From assembly GCA_000165425.1 (NCBI GenBank), contig CT868318.1, positions 461,067-525,066 of the forward strand: a DNA stretch of 64,000 nucleotides, read 5' to 3'. Of this stretch, positions 52,418 through 64,000 are shown one piece after another (the stretch's first letter is position 1; every line of letters starts with the position of its first letter). A program made the translations under genes and the position numbers. This stretch comes from Paramecium tetraurelia. Lineage: Eukaryota. The notes under the pieces were generated by a model. It was not told where the DNA came from, searched no databases, and saw nothing but the letters and a program-made list of their open reading frames with translations.

Positions 52418-54406
52418 ATGTGTGCTTATGTAATTACATTTCCTATTTGGAAAGGATAACAGTGGTCAGCATTCCGTGGTCATGTTAGATTGTCGAACGA
52501 GTAAGTGTTGATCGCAAGATTCAATGATACAGCCTATATAGAGCAGGAACTGAGATTTTTAGAATAGCATTAGAGGGTGAAATCCAAGATTGAAGGGAAG
52601 TACATTAGACCTGTGTACAACCTACTTCCAATGATAGTTCAGATAATAAGAACACCTACATTTACAGATGTGTTATTTGATAATTGCGTAGATTGGTAAC
52701 TGACAGGGGGAAACTTGCAACATCTTCTTAGAATATATTTTGCTTATGACCTATACAAAGGTTAACCACCAAGAGATTGCACTCTTGAAAACATTATGCG
52801 TAATGGGGATTCCATAGTTGTATTGGACTTCGGATTGAGAAAGAGGACTGAGAATTATTGTGCCTATTGGAATCCCATGATTCTAAAGGGTAAACAATGC
52901 TTATCACAATATTAATGGTCTTTGGGTATCATGTATTTGGTGATGACCAATGGATCATTTATAATAAACGAGATTCATAAACGCATTTCAATATGGGTGA
53001 ATGGGGGCAAATTGGATCTCGTTTCATTGGTAACTACTAAAAGACAATCTGTCATCTCTTTGTTATAACAACTACTAAATCCTGAAAATCCTATTCCTTG
53101 GGACTAAATACCTCATCATTCGGCTTTCAGGGATGATCCTAAATGCAAGACAATCCTTAAAATGTATGAAGTAAGATCAATGTCAGATCTCAAAATTAGA
53201 TCTGCTTCTCGACTCAGTAGTAAATAATCTGGCAGGAAGACTCAAAGAACTTCAATAGTATTACATGAAAGTACTTCAAATAGCAATCAATCTACTTCAA
53301 ATTAATCGCTAATCAGCAAAATTTCATCTTTGTATAAAAATAAATTTATTGAGGAGCATAAACAAAGATGTAATTCTTCGGTCAAAACTACTAAACAAAT
53401 AAACAACTTCTTTTCAAATAATAAAATGAAACTTAAATTTGCTACCAAACAATCAGATCATACTGTCCAACTAAGTTGTGATCTTCGAAGTCTTAGAACT
53501 GGATCAAATCTATCCAACATTGGTCTTACATAAAGAATAGATGAGTCAGAAGACAAAAAACTCAATCGAAGATTCTCCCAATAAGAAATCGACTATGATA
53601 AAATCAGGTCCAGAGTTAGTTCTATTAGAATGGCTATCAAAGAATACAAGGCTAGAAGCTTAAGGCATCTCTCTTAAGATTCCAATATTGTCATTTAGAA
53701 TTCAGATGAAGCTGTTCAACCTGATAATTATATCTAATTGATTAAAAGACCTCAAGTTGAAATTGAGATTCTTACATAAAAATATTTGAGATCTCTTGAA
53801 TGCATTAATATAATCGGTCAGACTGTAGCCAAAGCAATTGAATTTTTGGATGCTCTGCAAAACTTTTGGATTATTCCTCTTTTTCTAGTTTTTAAGAGAA
53901 TGCTTCAATTGAGATTAGAAGTTGAGAAATTTCTTGAAGCTCAAATCAATTCATTTAATATCGATTAATGGAAAGAAGTATGTAATTCTAGAGAATATCT
54001 CTAATTCTTGAGTCGCATCAAATCTGATAACTGTCTAGTCAAAAATGAAATGATTCTCCTTATGCAAGCCTCATAAACTAAGGCTGATCAACTTGATAAA
54101 AATAAGAGAGAAAAAGTCTTGTGGTTTCTAAATGATAATTTAGATTCTAACATTCAACCAATATGTTTGTCATATATGAGAGACTAATTACTTGTGGCTG
54201 TCAATGATAAAAGAGGATTGTCAAGAGAACCTATTGAATGGTTGAAACTTTAGCTCTCTCTAAAAGCCTCAATCGTAATTACTCAATTACCTGTACTAGT
54301 TTGCGAAAGTAGTGAATTTAGTTATGAACAATACTTAGAATGTCAAGATTCACAAAATTATACTCAAATATAAAAATATTGTGAGCAACTAAAAATCAAT
54401 ATTTGA
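52418..54406 (+). CDS. Divergent protein-kinase-like (probable pseudokinase) protein, 662 aa
   Basis: Intronless 1989-nt ORF; PRDCTLENIM, VLDFGL, YWNPMIL, QWSLGIMYL; no intact GxGxxG or VAIK. Confidence 0.7.
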
Positions 54407-54569
54407 TTTTATTTATTTTAGGTCATATATTTTAATTTCAAATATATATAAGCTATGCAAAAATCTAATGATTGTTCATTAATTTTTATGGAAAATCTTT
54501 TTTTCTAATGTTGTTCTATTTTAATTAATAAAATAACAAGAAAAATATAAAAATTGTGAGTGTGTTTTA

Positions 54570-56464
54570 TCAATATAATAACATTAATAAAAATAGATTT
54601 ACTATCAATATATTACAATTTGTTGAAATTATTATTTCTGCAGAATTTTACTCAGATGATTGAGGATTGTTACTCTCTTTATTTATTTATATATAAATAC
54701 CATTAACGAAATGTGAATTTGAAGAATCCAATTCTTTTTTTAACAAAAAATTGTCACAAAACCCTTCTCTTAAAAAGTATCCAGGCTTGCATTTAAAGCA
54801 TTAATTATAATTTGAACAGCTTTCACAATTCTAAATTAGACATTAACTATACTCCAGGACATCCTATACAAAATTTAATAGAGTCTAAGCGATATGTTAA
54901 ATTTGGACAATTTTCCAAACAAGATCCTTAGTATCTGTAACCATCACACTTTTATTAACAATCTAATCCAGAATAACCCTTAGCACAAATACACTAAAAC
55001 ATATAACAAATAATAACCTATTTATTGATACAAAATCCATTATTACCACATGCGTTAGGGCAATCATTTCTGAATAAACAAACGCTCTCTGGATTATTAG
55101 GACATTCTAAATTTCCAAAGTACCCATTTGGTAATTAAATCTAGGCTTATTAAGAGCAATCGAATTCTAAATCACCAATAACGATTTTCAAATTATTATT
55201 TACATCGCAGTAGAACTTTTAGCAAGTAAATTTTTAAAAAGATTCTATTGGTGAAATTGATCCTTTTAAGCAGATGCTATCAGAACCATAATAAGATATA
55301 ATTTATGAAGATTTATTTTAAATCTAATTTTAATCGTTCTTACACAATTAATCAGTATAAATCTATTAATACATGCATTATCCACCTAATGTTTCTTACA
55401 TACATATTGATTGTCCTGTCCTTTCATATGAGCAACTCTCAACATTCCTTTCATAGCAGAATTCAGTAAAATTATTGTTACAATAATTTTTAACAAATTC
55501 ACAACCTTTATTCCTTCCCCATTAAGTTTAATCTGGATTATAATCTGATAAACGATAGAACCTAAATATGAATGAGTTTTACCCAGTGTCCTACAATAAT
55601 TAGAATGTAAAATCTGTTATTAAAAGATTTCCAGTTAATTATGAGCCAGTCATTAACTCATTATATAGCAATAATCTTTCAAAATGATAATCACTTGTTC
55701 CTGGACCTCCGTTGTCCTCCATTTAAATACCTGTTAGATTGGAACAATTAAAGTAAAACCTAGCAAAATTAATTAATCTTGGAGTTGATAAGTATGTAAC
55801 ATTGTCTTATTTATAAAAATTAGGAAGTTCGTAAGTCTTGCCTGTTACTGAATCATAATATTTTGAAAAGTAATCATAAGTAATACCTAAGCCATGAATA
55901 ATTTCATGGATGGCACTTTCTAAATTACTTTCATATATTATTTTATTATTTTTATCAATTTTTGTGTAGTTCATATTCCAAGACATTAAGCCCATTATTG
56001 GTCTTAAAGATTACTCATCATAAACAGTTGGACCACAGTAGGCTTTATAAAATTTATCTGAATTTTCAATGTTTACAAATATGACCTAAATTTCAATACA
56101 AGCATACTAAATCCGCATCATATGATTAATTCATTAGACTTTAACTTATTTGAAATCCATAAAACACTTTTGGATAATTTTCTTTAAAAGTAATTTTTTC
56201 ATCCATTCTCCTAACTAAGAGAAATCTATAAAAAAATGTTGAAACCATTTCAAGTAATTCTGTTATATATTTGGTGTAATTTTCATTATAATTAGTGGAT
56301 AAATATTCAAAATGTATTCTCAGTGGCTCCCATTCCTTCTAAATTAAATTTTGTTGAAGTTGTTCTAATTTCCTTTTTGAGTCAACAGAAAGCCTGTAAG
56401 TAAATTATTATTCCTAACAATCAAAAGAATAGAAAAGGGTTGTTAAAATTATAAAGTATTTCAT
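54570..56464 (-). CDS. Leishmanolysin-like (GP63, peptidase M8) zinc metalloprotease, predicted surface-anchored
   Basis: RPIMGLM, HEIIHGLG, MEDNGGPGTSDYHFERLLLYNELMT, DTGFY, WGRNKGCEF; Cys-rich/EGF-like tail; hydrophobic C-terminus. Confidence 0.9.
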
Positions 56465-56655
56465 TAATTTATTAGTAATTCAAATATATACATTTTTCAT
56501 AAATTTCGTTGAATGTTTTTCAATTATGTTTCTGACAGATTAACAATTATTCTTTTCAAATATATAAACTATTATATTTAAAATTAATAATTTTGATTGA
56601 AAATATAATTAATGATAAATCGAAATGATAAAAAATATTTTCATCCAATTCTAGT

Positions 56656-58565
56656 TCAATTTTCATCCATAGAATCCCTTACTGGAAATCTACTTTCACA
56701 TACACTATCCAAATCAAATGCAGGTCTTATATCCTTAGAATCAAGGCCTTTAAAATTCTAAACAAAAAGCTAATCGAAAGTAAATTTGATTTCGTCATCC
56801 AAGAACTCTAATATTTATTTATCTGTTTTAGACAAGTATGCTTTTAATTTTAAATTTTAATAGCTTTTAAAAGCCTCATTAATTTTAGTGATTTCAGATT
56901 TTTCATCATCCAATATTAATTTATATGATATTTTTTTCTCTAAATTTTGAATATTTTCTTGAAATTCCTATTCAAAAACTCCAAAAGGAATCAATGGCTT
57001 AGGAATATAATTGAATAGGTTAATTTAATCATTAGATAAAAGCAAGTATTTCAATTTATCCAACTCTTGTAACTTCTATATAATAAATGATACATCCAAT
57101 TTAGACATAACCTTATCAATAGCATAATGAATTTATTTTTTCTTCTATCTATTACAACAAACTGCAAGTTGAAAAATAACTTGCTTGGACATTTTTTGAT
57201 GCAACTGCTAATAGTTTAAGAACTTTTAAATATCAATGCTATTTTCAAGGCGATTCGTTTAAATGATCTATTTTTATTTCTCTTTTTGCATTCTTCCTGA
57301 AGTATTTGGCAACTCATCTTCAACAATTTCTTAACATAAATTCTATGGTATGAAAAAGTTTGTTTGTTTCTTGTTTAGAGTGCTTTTTCCTTTCTTATTT
57401 GATTCAAATCTAAAATATTCATTTGCCATTTCGATTTCTGTTAAAAACGATGTGAAAGGATTTAAAAATATTTAAGAAACTAAACTTAACATTTGAAATA
57501 GACCTCCTATACTACTAAAGGCATTTTACAATTTTTAATAGGTTCTAGTGTACTAAGTCATTCTTTAATCTATAATTATACCGTATTTAAAAATATATTG
57601 ATTATTGTAGACTTCTGATGCTTCCTAAACTGTCAATTATTAAAAGGTGAAATCTTTTTCATTATGTGTAGTAAGTAATCCTCCATCTGATAAGACTTCT
57701 ATTAATTTTAATTACGACAACATAGTTTTGGTGATGCTGACAGAATAAAAATAATATTTAGCACAAATTATATTTTCGAAAGAGTTCTCATACTCCTACA
57801 TCTTAGTTAGACTATCAGATGTGTGTATGACCAAATAATTACCTGATAATTTTGAATTTATTTGTGCATCTGACGAACAATTCTCAAATTCAGTAGTATT
57901 TTTGCATTTTGATATAAATATATCAATATACTAAAATACATCTGATTATGGAGTTCCTTAAATTTTTATCGGTCTTTTATCCCAATCATTTCTCTTAGCA
58001 CAATATAATCCAGATTTATTAAAACTTTAAAAATATTTTTGCTGGAAGTCATTCTGAAAATGTTCATCTGTACATTCTTCGACAGGGTAATAATAGCAAC
58101 TATATAAGTGTATAACGATACTCTAATGTAGATATTCTCTATCCATTTGTTTCATTTAGATATCTTTATCTTTTACAGTTCATTATCGAGATATTAAAAT
58201 ATTAGTTTTACCCTTAAATTGCTTAAAGCTTACCATCTAATAAGGCTAATGCAATAGTATAATTATGTGGATGTAATTGATATTCCTTTATTTAACTTTA
58301 AATTTACCTCTGTATTGAATAATTGAAACTCAGAAGTGATTACATTAGGATGATTTCTAGCAAATATATCCTAAATTTATGAAATAAGCTGAATAATGCA
58401 GATTGTGATTATACAACAAGTAATAAATGCTCCTAGAGATGTAGAAAACTTTTTTTGTTTTTATATCCTTAGTTGTGGTTATAAAGCAAAATAATCCGAT
58501 GTGCTAATTAATTTTTTGCCAAAAGAGTTCACTTAAGTAAAAAATTTCAATCTCAAAGACTTCAT
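56656..58565 (-). CDS. Ciliate-type two-transmembrane protein with a large Cys-containing extracellular loop
   Basis: SDYFALQPQLRI...FSTSLGAFITCCIITICII (TM1); YQKLQNAFSSIGGLFQML (TM2); two 22-nt introns give 1866 nt. Confidence 0.7.
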
Positions 58566-60016
58566 TGATTTATTATATTTATAAATCACATATCATTAGA
58601 TTTTTTGAATATTGCATAATAATTTTTAAATCTTTCTTAATAGTTGGCACTAAATAAAATATTTATATTCAAATAAAGCTTATGCACAATATCGGTAATC
58701 TAAAATTCATTAAAAATAAAAATAGAAGGAAAAATCTCCTTTATTTATATGAAAACTTGATTTATAAAATAGAGTACATAGTTTCAGACTGAAACTAAAT
58801 GACTTTTAGCCAGTAATTTAATAAATCAGATAAGAAATAAACATATCAGCTATTTTTATTTTAAATCTGTTAAAAATTTCTTTATAGATATTTTTACTAT
58901 CTATTTAGTTTATTTACAAACATTAATTAATTAAAAAATATCAATAATTTTTAAAAAATAATTCTCTAATTATTTTTAAGGTTTACAGAAAATTTTACAA
59001 CTTACTTAATCTATTCATTGATAATTTCTTAGGTAACATAATTAAATTATCGCAGTTGTAAAATATAGTTCTTAAATCGCTATGAGTTATAAAAAATTCC
59101 ATATATTTTTACAGAAAATTTCCAATCAGTGTGAACAATGAATGACTGAAAATTAAATATTAACATTTAAGCAGCATTCCTACTGTTATCTGAGTAAAGA
59201 CAGGCTAATTCTAAAATTGAGAATGAAGCCTTGAACAAGCCTAGATCAAGTAAATATTTTTAATACTAAATTTAAGTCAAATTATTGAGTAAAAACGATA
59301 CTATATAATGTATCATCGCATCATATTGATACTATATGATATATCATTCTTCAGAAATTGAAATCTAGTAATACGTATTTAGTTTAAAAGTATTTCATTT
59401 TGTATTTATTCATATTTGTTGTAAACTCTATTATTAAAGGAAAAATAAAACTTTGAATTCCTGTTGAGGAAATATCTACTAACCATAATCCCTACAGCTA
59501 TAAATTACAAAAAGAAAGTTAATTCTAACCACTAAAAAGCTTTTTTATAAAGGATTATAAAACATTTTGAAAAACAAATGCATTCAAAATATAATGATGC
59601 TAGATGAACTAACATCTTGACTTGTCCAGTAGTTTTATTAACATTTGAATAATTTAAATGTTACTGTGAAAAAGATAAAAGTATCAGGTATAAAAGTATC
59701 TGAGAAGTTTGTCACTATTTATGAATTAAATTATACTGTAGTGAGGATTTATTATATGGGCTTATATTGTCTTCAGGAATTTATGGAGCAGTCCTTATTA
59801 CATAATCTATCTATTTACTTTATCATATTTTTTGATTAAAATACAAAAATGATGATTTGAAATTACTTGATAATTTATTAAAATATGCTAAATACAAAGA
59901 TGGCTTCAATTTCATATAGAACTAAGATGTTGAAAATTATTTATATAAAATTTCACTAATATTTATCTAATAATGATTTAGAAAATCTCATAAATTTTTC
60001 AATTATTAATTATAAA

Positions 60017-61060
60017 TCACTCAAAATCTGCCTTTTGGTATCCTTTAGTTATTTATTGCACACCAACTCCTACATTGGCCATTTCCATTTGCAATTTGTC
60101 TAAGCAATGGTCACTTTTAACTTCCTAAGTCAGAAATTTGATGAATATACATACTGGATTATTAACAAAATTATCTAATTAAGCAAAGTTAGTTAATTCC
60201 TCATCAACGTACATCTCACTTAAGACGTATTTTTTTTCTTATATTGTGAATTCAGTCTTTTTTAGAAAATTATCTTAAATCCAAAACTAAAATAAATCTT
60301 CATTACTTACTTGTAAACCATTCATAAACACAGGGATAATACACATCACAATAATCAGTTTAAAGGTTGCCAAATCTGAAAATGGAGATAAAATGAACTA
60401 AGAAATGCTTTCTAAAATGAAACCAATGACTAATTGCAATAGAAAAAGGAAGAATTTAGACTAAGATGAAATAAATGTATTTTTACAATAGACACTACTA
60501 GTATCCACAAAATTAATTGAATGAACCATGCTTTTAAATCAATTTTAATTATAGGCTTGATGAGATTAGTACCAGCAGGCACTTTATCTTTATTATTCAT
60601 TTCATTTTTTTTAACTTGGTCATCTGGCATAATAATTAAAAAATAGTTTCCTGAACGATAATTCTAAATGATTGTTATCTTACTGCCATTTAAAAATGCT
60701 CTAATGTAAGTTCAACTAATTTTAGGATTACATAACTAAATAATACTCCAATTGTTGTATCCAATAACAATGTGGCCAAATACCTTTTAATTATAAAATC
60801 TTAGCTACCAAACACACTCATCAGAATCCCCTGACAAATGTATAGCCAATGCAACATTCAGAAAATGAGCAAAGACTTACGAACATCCTTGTTTGGATGT
60901 ATCTAATCCCCACACTTTCCATTGTCTCTTCGGTTTTTCCACAATTCTTTTATCTAAACTTAAGATGTTAATTACAAATCAAAATAAAGAATGAAAACAC
61001 ACCCAGCAGAATTTATATTGAAAATCCTAGTGGTCCCAAAATGTCACAATCATCCGACAT
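60017..61060 (-). CDS. STIMATE/TMEM110-family membrane protein
   Basis: CDILGPLGFSIQILLG, KRIVEKPKRQWKVWGLDTSKQ, HFLNV, ECVWYL..LLDTTIG, FWIQDNFLK. Confidence 0.85.
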
Positions 61061-61102
61061 TTTTATTATTTATATAATTAAATAAATTTGTTAAAAATTA
61101 AT

Positions 61103-62248
61103 ATGAATCAAATTAAATGTGAGAAATGCTAAATTGTACCTGAGAAATTTGTCTGCTTGGATTGTGAACATACATTTTGCCTTTCCTGCTTAGCTAAATT
61201 GTTTAAATAAGTATTAAACCTTAATAACCAATTGATAGCATGAAAATTCAATTCAATGTATATCATGTTACGACATAACAATGTTAGATGATGAAACTAT
61301 AAATGCATTAATTGAAGCGAAATTACAACAATTATAGCCTCCTGTTATAATTCCATACACTACTTCTAAAAAATAAATTAATCAAAAAGACTTAATTTAA
61401 ATTAAAGGTCACCCTTTTATTGAAAAACTTAATGTTTCTATCGAGAAATGTTTGGATAATATTCGAATCATATAGTTTGATAAATAGAAGATGAGAGAAA
61501 TTTCGAATAAAATTAAATCAGATCTTGAATCTGAATTTAAATCATTGCATACATATTTAGATGATAAATTAGAAGCATTTATGAATGAAATTTCGAGATT
61601 TGAAACTCTAAATTCTACTAATTTACAAAAATAAGAAGAGGGATTCTAAATTGATATCAAAGAAATGTAAATAATGAAGGATGAGATTAAGAGTTTATTG
61701 TAATCACAAACAGGAATTTAAGATGATATTGAATAATTTAAAATTATATTAAATCAGATTGATGAAATTACTATCAAAGCAAATTAATAATATTAGACTC
61801 AACTCAAACAATTTTAAGATGAAATTTATAAAATACCTCTTAAGTGGACTGATTTTTCAAGTTCTTATAAAACATTATTCAATAATTTCGATTAAACAAA
61901 ACCATTATAAGCATCATCATAATAGCAAACATAGTTTATAACAGCAAATCGATTAGAAAAAATTCAATAATCTTTAGTTAAGTAAGTTTAATATTAAATT
62001 TAAGTTCAATCTCTCATACAAATGTTAAACCTATTAAGGCATCTCATTAGTCTCATTTATCTTTATGCTCTCCTCCTAGAAATAGTTTTCTTTAAGATGA
62101 ACATTAAATTCAAAGGAGATCAAGCCGAATTGAGTTAATAAGCAAATTATAAAGCCCAGGTGAAATCAGAGTTAGTTCGATGAATAGAAGAAACACAAGA
62201 ACGTTGGTTCCAAATCTAAATTTGACAGGAATTTCGAGTATAAAATGA
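61103..62248 (+). CDS. RING/zinc-finger + coiled-coil protein
   Basis: CEKC...LDCEHTFCLSC...CISC RING-like pattern, then coiled coil and Gln-rich tail; end approximate. Confidence 0.7.
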
Positions 62249-62833
62249 TATTTAAATATATATACACAGTGTATTCTAACAGTTTTAATTATAATTCTAG
62301 TAGATAAACAACTAAGTTTATAAATAAAATAACGTATTAATTTAAAAAACAATTAATAATATATCCTAGTAGTTAAGTTAGAGCTTCGATAGTGTAATAG
62401 CAAAAAGGAAGGATAATGTTGTGACTGTAAAAGTGCGAGATTTGAAAAATAAAAGTTGATTTGGCCTCACATTCGCTATAACTTTCAGCCAAAATTTAGA
62501 GATTATCAATTAAATTTGAAATTAACTTATTTGATAAAAGTTATTATCAAACTATGAATAATTTAGTTATGTCTGAGGTATTAATGAACTTAGTAGAGAA
62601 GAAGAAATGCAATAGAATTAATAGATTCTTTATCAAAAAAATTTAAAATTGAATAAGAATTTATCGAAGTTAAATGGAAATTCTAAAAATTTTTATGATT
62701 AAATAGTTGAAATTATTTTATTTGTATTTTACTTAAACTAAATAGTGAATTAAAAAATTTGATATTAAATAATAATATTTTTATTTATTATTTTCATATT
62801 TAATACAAAATTATATTATTAATGAACTTTTAA

Positions 62834-64000
62834 TCATAATGATTTATTTGAACTATCATCGATTTATGATTGCAATTGCTCATTTTGATTGCTTGATTTA
62901 TCAATGTCTTGTTCTTATTACTTTTAACAATCTGTCTAAAGATTATTTCCTTAAATTTAATTAACTTAAGGGAGAGAAATCTAATCATTTTATTTTTCAA
63001 CTTCTTCTTCCATAATGAAAGTTCCATCCTTGAAATTGCCATCTTATATTTTCCCATCTATAAATTATAGATAACCCTTCCCATGAGGTTAATAGTTTTT
63101 AATCTATCCTATTTAATAAATCTCTTATTTTACCTTTATAAATGCTGTCATTTGGGAATTTAATAATAATATCTTGATTTAACACAAACTCATCTTATGA
63201 AAATTATCCTTGGTACTTACAATTATTATCTTATAAGGTAATCACTCCAAAGCCATCCTTTAAATCATCCAGCCATTCTCCTTCGTATGTATACTATTTG
63301 GCTAAAAACAAATGAAATTTATGCTTACTTTAATAGATTCCCATTCCATGTCTCTTTCCTGCCTTGTATATCCCTTTATAAATATCACCATTTGCCCACA
63401 CATATTGACCTTCTCCTTAAAACAATCCTTCAGAAAATTAACCAACATAGACATCTTTGTTGGGCAATATCAGTTTTCCAGTTCCACTATAACATCCATT
63501 TTTAAACCATCCTTCATATATTTAATTTTCTTTTTACAAATTACCATAGCCATTAAATTGATTATTTCTAAAATCAAACAATATATATACTCAAAATGAC
63601 CATCATATTAAAATTCATTGACAACAATCAGTATGCCATCTCCATGAAATTTATTATTTTTGAATTGACCCTTGTATTAAAATTTCTTATCCATTAACTT
63701 TTCATATCTTCCCTAACCATGTCGTAGGAAGTCTTGGATTTACCCTAAATATACTCTTTTTTAAAACAATTCAATCATTCCTCCATATTACATATTTCCA
63801 ATAAAAATGTCTGCATTTTCAAATACTTTGTAGAATGGGACTGTTGAATTTTTATCAAAACATTCAGAATTAGTAATGATAGAATAATCAAATGATTTTA
63901 GCCATTTTAGTCCGTTCTCTGTTTTAGTTATCCAATGTATGATTCCTTTTCTATTATGCTTTCTTATCACTCTCATTAAATCATATAGCAGATTACGATA
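62834..64000 (-). CDS. MORN-repeat protein (5' end probably outside the window)
   Basis: YEGWFKNGCYSGTGKL, YEGEWLDDLKDGFG and other YxG..K....HGxG units; TGA at 62834-62836. Confidence 0.82.

Noticed and set aside
62260..62780. Possible small gene between the RING and MORN genes
   Set aside because: Frames are interrupted and show no recognisable motif; left unannotated.

Overview
AT-rich, gene-dense eukaryotic DNA that reads as ciliate macronuclear sequence, most likely Paramecium. TAA/TAG occur repeatedly as Gln inside conserved proteins, TGA is the only stop, GT-AG introns are about 20-30 nt and many intergenic gaps are under 60 bp. The supplied ORF track uses the wrong genetic code, so its ORFs are fragments or spurious. 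Hand translation with code 6 gives about 28 genes: gamma-tubulin, PRP6, CLUAP1/IFT38, a biotin carboxylase alpha subunit (MCCA-like), DAG kinase, UBTD, two Myb genes, three MORN proteins, several kinases and pseudokinases, an intronless surface-antigen-type gene of about 2,120 aa, a giant Cys-rich type I membrane protein, a Canopy/saposin-like ER protein, LZTR1-like Kelch-BTB, TMX-like thioredoxin, a leishmanolysin-like protease and STIMATE/TMEM110. The most unusual items are a single ORF fusing three theta-class GST units and ending in a CCQLI (CaaX-type) tail, its convergent neighbour with a glycine-zipper hydrophobic region, an ankyrin-PH-pseudokinase, a TH1/PH-like AGC kinase, and several candidate 3n stop-free introns. 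I saw no rRNA, tRNA, CRISPR array, transposon or telomere. All calls are from manual reading; no database search was run.
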